From Wickerhamiella versatilis (Eukaryota), in NCBI GenBank assembly GCA_030867685.1, contig JAQOWU010000008.1, positions 3,782,001-3,846,000 of the forward strand: 64,000 nt of DNA, in the 5' to 3' direction. The translations under genes were made by a program, and so were the position numbers. The notes under the pieces were generated by a model. That model did no database searches, was not told the origin of the DNA, and saw only the letters and a list, made by a program, of their open reading frames with translations. This document shows, piece by piece, positions 40,028-49,362 of the stretch (position 1 is the first letter of the stretch; each line of letters begins with the position of its first letter).

Positions 40028-40146
40028 TAAAGGGAGAAGCTTAAAGATTTATTAACTTGACAATAACGTAACCTAACCTAAATCTACCTAGAAGACAAGA
40101 ATTATCTGCTGATTCATCGTTCCTTCACGGACTACGAGATTTTGTC

Positions 40147-42474
40147 ATGGTGGTGGAGTTGGCTATTCCGGATAAGTTGGACACCGTCCAACTTGCAGCA
40201 GCTGTGAAAACAAGTCTTGCTGCATTTTTCAACACAAAAGTTAATACGGTCTATACCACTGGTAGTCGAGTTTCTTTAACCGACGGTGACGTGACATTAA
40301 TCGAGCCAAATGCGATAGTACGCTATTTGCTTAATTCGACCGACAAAGAAATCCCTGCCTTAGATTTTGAGGAGAGTGATCTTTGGAATTACGTGGAAAA
40401 CCTGACAAAACTAGACCTTGCAAAGAGCGAACAACTTGCGAAGTTCCTGCCGTCAGAATATAAGAGTGTAGAGGCGATCGTTTTGTTTGCTGATCTTCAT
40501 GCGCTTTCCACAGCGTTGGGAAAGCAGGCTATTGCAGCCGAGGGAAGCGTCGTTTTGTGGCATCAGTCCGTTTTGAACAATTCTACGGTGAAGCAGGCAT
40601 TGATGCCCGTATTTAAGACAGAGTATACCAAGCCTGCCAAGAAGAAGCAGGGGTCCAACTTGCCGGTTGAGGAGAGCAAAGCGGATAGTTCTTCGAAGTC
40701 TAATGTAAAGAAGTTTGAAATGCCCAAGCTTGAAAGAGACGGCAAAGTCAACGTGGACCAAGGTGTTAAGTTCCCGATCAAGGAGGAACCTATCCTTCCT
40801 GAAAAAGACAGGAAAAATATCCTCATCACTAGTGCGCTCCCGTACGTCAACAATGTACCACACCTTGGTAACATCATTGGGTCAGTGCTCAGTGCCGATT
40901 TTTTCGCGCGATATTGCAAGGCTCGTAACTACAATACACTCTTTATTTGTGGTACAGACGAATATGGTACTGCTACGGAAACTAAGGCTCTTGAGGTGAA
41001 CAAGTCGCCTCGTGACTTATGCACGTACTACTATGGCATTCATAAAGAGGTATACGATTGGTTCCAGGTCGGATTTGACAGCTTTGGAAGAACTTCCACG
41101 GAAGAGCACACGAAGATAACGCAAGAAGTTTTTCTGAAGCTTTATGAAAATGGATATTTAGAAGAACATGAGAATGAGCAACTATACTGCCCAAGTCACG
41201 AGGGTTTCCTTGCGGATCGCTATGTGGAGGGTGAATGTCCTAAATGCCACTATAACGACGCACGTGGTGACCAGTGTGATGCCTGTGGTGAATTACTTGA
41301 TCCTGTGGAGCTAATTAACCCACACTGCAAACTGGATAGCGGTAAACCAGAGAAGCGTAAGACAACTCACATGTACCTTTCACTCAACAAGCTCCAACCA
41401 GAGTTGGAAAAATGGGTATCTACAGTTGAAGACCAATGGTCACGAAATGCTCGCCATATCACCCACCATTGGCTAAAAGGCGGTCTTGAACCTCGTGCTA
41501 TTACCCGTGATTTGAAATGGGGTGTTCCTGTTCCTCTTAAGGGCTTCGAAGGGAAAGTAATGTACGTATGGTTTGATGCAGTGCTCGGATATGCTTCTAT
41601 TACTGGAGATTATACGCCAGAATGGCGCCAGTGGTGGAAGAACCCAGAAAATGTCGAATTGTTTCAATTCATGGGCAAAGACAATACCCCGTTCCACGCA
41701 GTTGTTCTTCCATCCACAGAAATCGGAACCAATGATAACTGGACCAAGGTCAGCGTCCTTAGCACCACTGAATATCTTCAGTACGAGGGCGGTAAGTTCA
41801 GTAAGAGCCGCAATCTCGGCGTCTTTGGTACCAATGCTAAAGATATTGGTCTTTCACCCTCAATATGGCGATATTATTTGGCAAATGTGCGACCAGAGAG
41901 CAGCGACTCGCAGTTTTCGTGGGCTGATTTCGTGGCCCGCAATAATAACGAGCTGCTAGCCAATTTCGGAAACTTTGTGAGTCGTGTCACCAAGTTCGCA
42001 ACGGCTAAGTTCAATGGTGTGCTGCCAAAATTTGATCCATCTGTGTTGGATAAGAGTGTCTTCAATGATGTGAATGAGATTCTAAAGAGTTATAACACCG
42101 CTATGGAGAAGGTACAACTCAGGCGAGGACTTGAGATTGCCATGCAATTGTCAGCTTACGGCAACAGGCTTTTGCAAGAAAACAAATTTGGCAACTCGCT
42201 GCTCGCAGAACAACCTGAGGTGTGCTTTGCTGTCGTGGGGGTGGCAGTTAACTTGATTTATGTTCTATCGGCGGTATTCTATCCGTTTATTCCTGAAACC
42301 AGCGAGCAGATTTGCAAGCAGCTTAATGTGCCTCTACGTACGATTCCTGATCGTTTCGAGATTGTCATTGGCGCCGGCCACAATCTTGGTACCCCTGAGC
42401 ATTTATTCCAACACATTGACGAAAAGAACATTGCGATATGGCAGGCCAAATACGGAGGCAATAATGCCGAATAA
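40147..42474 (+). CDS. MES1: Cytosolic methionyl-tRNA synthetase
   Basis: ITSALPYVNNVPHLGNIIG (HIGH), Zn knuckles, KFSKS (KMSKS), N-terminal GST-like region. Confidence 0.97.
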   Translation: MVVELAIPDKLDTVQLAAAVKTSLAAFFNTKVNTVYTTGSRVSLTDGDVTLIEPNAIVRYLLNSTDKEIPALDFEESDLWNYVENLTKLDLAKSEQLAKFLPSEYKSVEAIVLFADLHALSTALGKQAIAAEGSVVLWHQSVLNNSTVKQALMPVFKTEYTKPAKKKQGSNLPVEESKADSSSKSNVKKFEMPKLERDGKVNVDQGVKFPIKEEPILPEKDRKNILITSALPYVNNVPHLGNIIGSVLSADFFARYCKARNYNTLFICGTDEYGTATETKALEVNKSPRDLCTYYYGIHKEVYDWFQVGFDSFGRTSTEEHTKITQEVFLKLYENGYLEEHENEQLYCPSHEGFLADRYVEGECPKCHYNDARGDQCDACGELLDPVELINPHCKLDSGKPEKRKTTHMYLSLNKLQPELEKWVSTVEDQWSRNARHITHHWLKGGLEPRAITRDLKWGVPVPLKGFEGKVMYVWFDAVLGYASITGDYTPEWRQWWKNPENVELFQFMGKDNTPFHAVVLPSTEIGTNDNWTKVSVLSTTEYLQYEGGKFSKSRNLGVFGTNAKDIGLSPSIWRYYLANVRPESSDSQFSWADFVARNNNELLANFGNFVSRVTKFATAKFNGVLPKFDPSVLDKSVFNDVNEILKSYNTAMEKVQLRRGLEIAMQLSAYGNRLLQENKFGNSLLAEQPEVCFAVVGVAVNLIYVLSAVFYPFIPETSEQICKQLNVPLRTIPDRFEIVIGAGHNLGTPEHLFQHIDEKNIAIWQAKYGGNNAE

Positions 42475-42508
42475 AAATACTTGTGGAGCGTCTAGGATCA
42501 TAAGATAA

Positions 42509-42877
42509 TTAGTACGGTTCATCATCACTAGAGTCATCATCCGTTTCGTATCCAATTGGGGCAATGCCTGGAGGAAGGCCGTTCATTGTTGCCGTATTAT
42601 GTGTCCTCTTGACATAGGCAGACTTCTTGTTGAGAAGCTCTAAAATCTCTGATTTTAAATGGTCAGCCTCTAAATGCTCTGAACTATTCAACTTTTCGAT
42701 GTTCTTACGTTTCCTTTGACGGTCTTTCTTTTTCTGAGCTTCTGGATCATTTGCTATTCTGTCGTTGAGAGCTTTTTCAATCTGCTTTCTTCGTGTCTTC
42801 TTTTCTGTGCGGTTCCTGGTTTTGGAGCCATTTTTGTGCAGGGTTTTTCTCACCAATTTGTCCAATGCCTTAGACAT
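42509..42877 (-). CDS. RRT14: Regulator of rDNA transcription 14-like nucleolar protein
   Basis: Basic 122-aa protein ending GLPPGIAPIGYETDDDSSDDE, similar to the Rrt14 PGLTPGLAPV motif. Confidence 0.65.
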   Translation of the reverse strand: MSKALDKLVRKTLHKNGSKTRNRTEKKTRRKQIEKALNDRIANDPEAQKKKDRQRKRKNIEKLNSSEHLEADHLKSEILELLNKKSAYVKRTHNTATMNGLPPGIAPIGYETDDDSSDDEPY

Positions 42878-43001
42878 ATAAAATAAGAGAAAATGAACAG
42901 TGATTACTCATTCAATTTATTCATGATTATCCACACTACTAGAAGTCAATGCCAAGCTCTAACGCTTAATCTCCTTATATATATAGGTCCATAGCCACAA
43001 A

Positions 43002-44780
43002 TTATGCTACTTGTATTTGTAGCGGTTGGATCTCATCTAGGGCCTCCTTTACGAAAAATCGTACGTCCTGGTCCGTATCATCCGCACTCTGCTCCAAAAC
43101 AGGGAGGATCTGGTCAGCGACAAGAGACTTGGGGCCTCCCTTCTTCACTAAGGTAGTTGACAAAAGGTTGAGAGACTTGATACAATTGAACCTGATATTT
43201 GGCACTGGATCATGGACTAAGTGCAGTACAAATGGGAGAATTTGCTCCTCCAAACATTGTGGACTGAGTGTAGGAATAATAGTCTTGACAGCAAGCAACG
43301 CGGTGAGGCGGTAGAGATAATTTGCCGCAGGGTTTGGCACCACAAGTTTTGGTACAATGACAGTTTCAAGCCACTTCAGTCCAAAGACATCAGCCAACTT
43401 CACAAGATTGCGGGCGGCTGCGTCTCGGATGGCCCAGATAGGATCCCACAGCCAATCAATGACTAGAGGTACAAGCTCCTCATCGAAAAATTCGACTCCT
43501 AGTTGTTCGGCAAGAAGGGGACTATAATCGATGATCGCCAGAAGCACACGCCACTGCTTGTCTTTAGCCAGCTCTTGGATTGCAGGCAGCAAGCTTTGAC
43601 TCAACAAGTCAATTCCTATGACTTCGTTGATAACTTGGAGGTTAGAAATGATTTGCAGGCGTACTTCAGAATTTTCATCTTTGAGCATGTGCAGGAACAA
43701 GGGCAGTAGGTATTCAATAGTTTTTTCACGGCCAAGCTTTGGACTGATATTAGAGATTTGTGTTGCCAGCGCTTCTCGAACGCCTTCACTTTGGTCCTCA
43801 ACCAGTTGGTCTAGACATGGTACAATCTCATTCATAATATCGTCCTCTGACAAAAGCTTGCAGAAATCGTTGGCCTGCTTGGCCACTGCAGCCCGAACTT
43901 CGGATTCCGTGTCTTTAGTGAGCTTCACGAACAAAGTCAAAAATTTAGGCAATTCGTTTGCCTCCTGCATGCTTTCTGCAATATCAGCATATCGAGATGC
44001 TGCCATAAATCTTACGCGCCAGCTTTTATCCTCTATGAGACCAACAGTATCACGGAAAAGTAATCTGGGAATCTCATGAGGATACTTCTTTGCAAGTGCA
44101 ATACCTACGTTAACACTGAGCAAGCGAACTGAGTCCTGATCATCACCAACCAGCGTCTTGTACATTTCGAGCAGAGACTGTGGAGGTGAGTTTGACCCGG
44201 AGACAGAATCTATCAAATCAGGTAGTGCAGTAGCTGCAGCACGACGAACCATAGGTGTATCATCAGCAACTAATTGATTGAAGACGGACAGAAGTTTTTC
44301 TTGCTGTTCAGGGAGCCGTTTTAAGACAGTTCCAAAGAGCCCGGTTGCGGACATTCGGCTTGAAAACCAATCTGACTTTACCAGTTGAAAAATAAGTTGA
44401 ACGTAATTCTCAGATAGTTGCGACTTTGTCATTTCCTGTGCTACATTTTCAAGAGCGTCGACGCTCGCCGTTCGCACGGTCTGCTCCTCGCAGCTAGCCA
44501 GGGTAGATAGGGGCGTTAAGAGCAACGGTGCATACTCTTGTCCTCCTAGGAGAGGTACGAATTGGGCAATCTCTTTTGCCATAACTGTCAATACCTCGTC
44601 CTCATCTTCTTGAGCCGCGTCTTCAAGAAACGGTAATAGCTCATTTCTTGTACGCTCTTCACCAAGGGCAAGCGCGATGGTAGTTATCCGCTTCATGGAG
44701 TCAACACGTACTGCAATATCATCGTGACGCAACTCGTCGATAAGCACAGCGAGAGGATACAAGTCCTCACCTGTCGCCAT
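43002..44780 (-). CDS. TPD3: PP2A scaffold (A) subunit
   Basis: LYPLAVLIDELRHDD, HEAT repeats, DKSWRVRF, DPVPNIRFN, DQDVRFF. Confidence 0.96.
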   Translation of the reverse strand: MATGEDLYPLAVLIDELRHDDIAVRVDSMKRITTIALALGEERTRNELLPFLEDAAQEDEDEVLTVMAKEIAQFVPLLGGQEYAPLLLTPLSTLASCEEQTVRTASVDALENVAQEMTKSQLSENYVQLIFQLVKSDWFSSRMSATGLFGTVLKRLPEQQEKLLSVFNQLVADDTPMVRRAAATALPDLIDSVSGSNSPPQSLLEMYKTLVGDDQDSVRLLSVNVGIALAKKYPHEIPRLLFRDTVGLIEDKSWRVRFMAASRYADIAESMQEANELPKFLTLFVKLTKDTESEVRAAVAKQANDFCKLLSEDDIMNEIVPCLDQLVEDQSEGVREALATQISNISPKLGREKTIEYLLPLFLHMLKDENSEVRLQIISNLQVINEVIGIDLLSQSLLPAIQELAKDKQWRVLLAIIDYSPLLAEQLGVEFFDEELVPLVIDWLWDPIWAIRDAAARNLVKLADVFGLKWLETVIVPKLVVPNPAANYLYRLTALLAVKTIIPTLSPQCLEEQILPFVLHLVHDPVPNIRFNCIKSLNLLSTTLVKKGGPKSLVADQILPVLEQSADDTDQDVRFFVKEALDEIQPLQIQVA

Positions 44781-45169
44781 CGTGCTGTGCTTGTATTAGT
44801 AATACAACTTGTTCTAAACATACGAGAAGTCTGAAACTTCTAGCTGAAAAGGTCTACGATTTATGTATTTACATTCTCTTCTCTAAGCATACTGTTAAGC
44901 ACCACTTTTTACCTGCTTTACCTGTTAATCTGTTTAATATCCATGATGATAACAAAACCAAAATAAGGGACAGGGATACTGTTTGAAATGTTATAGAAGC
45001 CTAATAATGAAGGTATACGAGGCCTTTTAAACAAAAAAAACTCTCTTTCTTTCCTAGAGCGGACTATATGTACTAGTATCCAATGAATTAATATAAGACT
45101 TCTGTAGAGGAGCTTACGCGATATAACGTTACGCGATCAATCGGCACCATTGGTTAGTCTCAGAATACA

Positions 45170-46564
45170 ATGAATGCCTACAGCAGTCGTCAAGTTCTCG
45201 TTGATGGAAAGTTCATTCATGCTACTATAGTCGTTGGTGACGATGGGCGTATTTCAAGCATCGAGCAGGGCACAATCCCTGGAGCCGTCGATTATGGTGA
45301 GTTGATGATACTACCTGGTCTTGTTGATACACATGTACACCTAAACGAACCTGGCCGTACCCACTGGGAGGGATTCGAGACGGGTACCAAGGCAGCAGCT
45401 GCTGGTGGTGTTACTACCGTTGTGGATATGCCATTGAACGCAATACCCCCAACTACCACTGTTCAGAACTTTGAGACAAAACTGAAAGCAGCTCAAGGAC
45501 AATGCTGGGTTGATGTAGCTTTCTGGGGTGGCTTGATTCCCTCCAACATCCGTGATCTTGTACCCCTAGTGCGGCGTGGGGTGCGGGGGTTTAAATGCTT
45601 CCTTATTGATAGTGGTGTGCCCGAATTTCCTCTAGTAAGTATGAAAGACGTTAAATCTGCAGCCAAAGAATTGCAGCGTGAGCCGTCCATGCTAATGTTC
45701 CATGCAGAACTCGATCTTTGCCACCCTGGTAACAGAGTAATCGGTACTCTGAGTGATAATAGGCCGATTCAAGATCCGCAGGAATACTCCCACTTCCTTG
45801 ATACCCGGCCAGACCGGTGGGAGTCAGATGCCGTGTCAGCTGTCGCTGATGTTGCTCGCGAATATCCGGATCTTGACTACCATATCGTGCATCTAGCCTC
45901 TTCGCATGCCTTGGAACCCCTTGCAAGGGCAAAGTCGGAGGAACTTAGACTTACTGCAGAGACCTGTTTTCACTATCTTTCCTTGAATAGCGAAAATATC
46001 CCCCGGGAGGACACATTGTATAAATGCTGTCCTCCGATTCGTACTAAAGCAAATCAAGAAGCTCTGTGGCAGGGTGTGAGATCAGGTGCACTGACAACTA
46101 TAGTGAGTGACCATTCCCCGTGCACACCCAATTTGAAAATGTTGGATGTTGGTAATTTTATGCAGGCATGGGGTGGGATTGCCAGTGTCGGACTAGGACT
46201 TTCGCTTCTGTGGACAGAGGCCAAGAGAGTGGGACTTACTATGCCAATTATAAGCCAGCTCACTTCGCAAAATACTGCAATTCAAGCAGGAGTCAATCAC
46301 AGGAAGGGCAAGATCGCAGTTGGTCTTGATGCAGACCTGTGCATTTTCGACCCAAATACTGAGTGGGTGTTCAATGCTCGCGACATGCACTTCAAAAATA
46401 AGTACACACCTTACAATGGAAAGAAAGTTTTGGGCCGTGTGGCTCATACTGTGTTACGCGGAAAGCCAATCTACAATCTTGGAGAACCTTTTGGTTCTGC
46501 AGAAGGTCATTTGATCCTTGAACCAAGAGAGTCTACACGTATCCCTGCGAAGCGAGTATACTAA
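45170..46564 (+). CDS. DAL1: Allantoinase
   Basis: PGLVDTHVHLNEPGRTHWEGFETGT, DMPLNAIPPTT, KCCPPIR, SDHSPC, AWGGI. Confidence 0.95.
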   Translation: MNAYSSRQVLVDGKFIHATIVVGDDGRISSIEQGTIPGAVDYGELMILPGLVDTHVHLNEPGRTHWEGFETGTKAAAAGGVTTVVDMPLNAIPPTTTVQNFETKLKAAQGQCWVDVAFWGGLIPSNIRDLVPLVRRGVRGFKCFLIDSGVPEFPLVSMKDVKSAAKELQREPSMLMFHAELDLCHPGNRVIGTLSDNRPIQDPQEYSHFLDTRPDRWESDAVSAVADVAREYPDLDYHIVHLASSHALEPLARAKSEELRLTAETCFHYLSLNSENIPREDTLYKCCPPIRTKANQEALWQGVRSGALTTIVSDHSPCTPNLKMLDVGNFMQAWGGIASVGLGLSLLWTEAKRVGLTMPIISQLTSQNTAIQAGVNHRKGKIAVGLDADLCIFDPNTEWVFNARDMHFKNKYTPYNGKKVLGRVAHTVLRGKPIYNLGEPFGSAEGHLILEPRESTRIPAKRVY

Positions 46565-46598
46565 AAATTTCATCTAGGTATTTTTTGCCTACAATTAT

Positions 46599-47534
46599 TT
46601 AGCGCACAAGTCGGCGTCTGCGACTAGCTTGATCTTTCTCCGCATTTTCAGGCTTGGCCCGATTTAGCACTTTTAGGAATTCGTCGGTACGATGACGCAT
46701 TCGAGAATGTACATAGGCTTTTGAGTTCTTGATATGATAATGGAAGTAGTCTCGGAACGTCTCTATATGCGAGATACATTGTTCCCGTCGCTGAGGGATG
46801 ATATGATTTGGGAACAGTACAAATGTTACGAAATTCACATTGGGGGCCGCTCGAGCTTGAGTACCCTGCAACTCAAGTGGCGGTTCCTTGCTAAACAGCA
46901 CTTGCGGTGCATTCTGGAGTGCACGGCGACGAGCATCGACGAACTCCTGCAAGAATACCTTACCAAGGACTTGGTCCGTCTCATCCTTAAATATCGTACT
47001 AAAAATAACAGTAACACGATCGAAACTTGGCTGAATATATATTGATTCCTCATCACGATAGTTCAGCACCATAAGCTGGGTCAGATTGGCAGGTGGTTGA
47101 TAGTAATCCACTTGAGCAGCCTCCTTAGCCATATTGTCAAAGCTGGAAAATGCCTCCTCAAAAGGAGCCGCTAGCGCATTGCGGCGAAGGAGTGCCAAGT
47201 TATTTACCAAAAGCGTTCTTTCCTCGAGACCATCTGGTAGCGACGTGAGATCAACAAGTACACTGAAATCATAGCCCTCCTCGACCTCAGTGATATAAGG
47301 ACCATACTCCCGTTGAAGTAATTTTTCCACACCGTACTTCAGCAAATCAGGCCAGCTCCGCGCGGCCATGGACAGCACAATCTTCATATCATCCAGTGAC
47401 CAGATATGGAATTTCACATTGTCAAAGTCACTGACGACTTGATTCAGCTTCTTGGGTGGTTGATTGTCAATTATAGCCTCTGTTAGAATGCTCTTCAAGA
47501 GCACATTGTGGTAGTCTAGCAGCTCAGAGGCCAT
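46599..47534 (-). CDS. ARC35: Arp2/3 complex subunit ARPC2
   Basis: SDFDNVKFHI, DRVTVIFST, GKVFLQEFVDARR, YFHYHIK.SKAYVHSRMR. Confidence 0.95.
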   Translation of the reverse strand: MASELLDYHNVLLKSILTEAIIDNQPPKKLNQVVSDFDNVKFHIWSLDDMKIVLSMAARSWPDLLKYGVEKLLQREYGPYITEVEEGYDFSVLVDLTSLPDGLEERTLLVNNLALLRRNALAAPFEEAFSSFDNMAKEAAQVDYYQPPANLTQLMVLNYRDEESIYIQPSFDRVTVIFSTIFKDETDQVLGKVFLQEFVDARRRALQNAPQVLFSKEPPLELQGTQARAAPNVNFVTFVLFPNHIIPQRREQCISHIETFRDYFHYHIKNSKAYVHSRMRHRTDEFLKVLNRAKPENAEKDQASRRRRLVR

Positions 47535-47667
47535 GGCACCAAGTGGGTAGTGTGATGATGTGTAATCAGAGGTTGGTTTGCCTAATCACTTGCCCTTTGT
47601 TCAGCGCTTCTTCTCCACCTTATCTAGTCCTACTCGAGACAAGACAAACTAAGTCTATATATATAAA

Positions 47668-49011
47668 TTAACTATTAACAATGGCCCATTCCCCAATTGA
47701 ACGTAACAACTTATTTACTTTAGCCCGTGAACACCGCAGGTCCGAGCAGATAGCGTCAAAATGGAGCGGCTTTTTCGGCAGCTTCTGAATCAGTTGAACA
47801 TTATTTTCACAAGAGTCAATACCACAGTCCTCCATAGCCTGTCTAATTGTATCGGCCTCCAATGGTGATTTATGTCCATGTGAATTATCCAGAAGGGGAT
47901 ATCCGTAAACGCGATATATGATTTGTTTCACTACACCAAATATGATAAAGCGCCTCACGTCAATATTATGCAACAAATCTGCATGTTCGTTGTACCACGA
48001 ATATAAGTTCTTACCATTTTGGAAGTCAGAGTAAAGCTGAAATACCTGTCCCATGCCCAGATAGCGGCCACCTCCTACTGCAGGTCCATCAGCACTCGAC
48101 GCACTATGGGGTGTTGATCCCGAGTCATGGGCCACACTAATACTGCTTGACGAGGCACTTCTTTCTATATGCTGGTTATGATATGCGAATTCGCAAAACT
48201 CATGATAAACAATTGGTGTTGCGAGGGCGGCCAGGTCTGGTGCGGGGGCATAAATGTTGGCAAACTGAGTGATACCGGTAATAATAACGCACTCATAATA
48301 GACAAGATGTCGAATAGCCTGTTTTGTCAGTTCATAATCTGCCTCTGTAAGATCTGCTATTCGACGAACTGAATTTACCCCATTAATGTATGGAATGATG
48401 CGTTCCAATGTTGGATCCCAGGTTTCATCCACCAAGGATTGAAGGCGAACTGTAGATATCGGTACCTGCCATGGATAGATGTTCGGGGGAGCCTCGAATA
48501 TCGGAAATAGCTTGATATCAACAGTATTTGCGGAGTCAATCGGTATCTGGCATTCGGAATAACTATTCAGGTCCTGGTACATTTGCTCGATCACGTTATC
48601 TATAATTTTCACATTACGCGAATCAGACAGGAAGCGAGACTGTTCCTCTAGCGCTTTAAACATTCGAGTCGTTCGGCTTATCACAGATTCGTACATAGTT
48701 GTGTCACTTTCCGCCTCGAAAATGAACACAAAGTTGAATGTAAACGAGTTTCTCTCATAATCTGAGCCCATTATGTTCACTGGATATCCCATAAATAAAT
48801 AGTTACCAAGGCGAAGACCTACAAGGTGGTTACATAGCGCTGGTTTTGGAATTATGTAGTTGCGCAAACTGTCGAACGATACCAGGGGCTCATCGACCTC
48901 AGAAGTGGCAGTGGGAACAACTACTCCATCTGGGACTTGGCAAACAGGCTTTGGTCCCTGTGTAGCGTCGAATACTGCATACAGTATTCCCTGTATCTGG
49001 GGGAACGACAT
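47668..49011 (-). CDS. NPR2: SEACIT/GATOR1 subunit Npr2
   Basis: FDATQGPK, YIIPKPALCN, YERNSFTFNF, WDPTLERIIPYINGVNSV, IDVRRFIIFGV. Confidence 0.93.
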   Translation of the reverse strand: MSFPQIQGILYAVFDATQGPKPVCQVPDGVVVPTATSEVDEPLVSFDSLRNYIIPKPALCNHLVGLRLGNYLFMGYPVNIMGSDYERNSFTFNFVFIFEAESDTTMYESVISRTTRMFKALEEQSRFLSDSRNVKIIDNVIEQMYQDLNSYSECQIPIDSANTVDIKLFPIFEAPPNIYPWQVPISTVRLQSLVDETWDPTLERIIPYINGVNSVRRIADLTEADYELTKQAIRHLVYYECVIITGITQFANIYAPAPDLAALATPIVYHEFCEFAYHNQHIERSASSSSISVAHDSGSTPHSASSADGPAVGGGRYLGMGQVFQLYSDFQNGKNLYSWYNEHADLLHNIDVRRFIIFGVVKQIIYRVYGYPLLDNSHGHKSPLEADTIRQAMEDCGIDSCENNVQLIQKLPKKPLHFDAICSDLRCSRAKVNKLLRSIGEWAIVNS

Positions 49012-49362
49012 GTGGGTTAGGTGTGGATATTGAAAGAGAAATTAGAATAATAGAAAAGCAAGTCTAAATATTTCGGCTACTTTCAGAATCGAATCAGAGA
49101 GATCTAAGACTTTGTGGGATGATTTGCGAATTCTTGTCAGGTCAAAATTTTAGTTCAAACCTAAGAATAATCCGGACGACAGGATGACACAAATTAATAT
49201 TGACACTAGCAATTCTGATCTCAGTGGCTTAATATTTGCATGTGTGATTCATGATAGAAGTATCGGGGTTTTGTCGAGAGAGATATTAATCTGACTCCAG
49301 ATTAGGGTTCTTCCTCATCAACATCCCTTTGACAAAGAGACGACATATCTCGACATGCGGCA

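Noticed and set aside
45170-46564. Possible DAL gene cluster around allantoinase
   Set aside because: Neighbours are TPD3 and ARC35; no other allantoin genes in the window.
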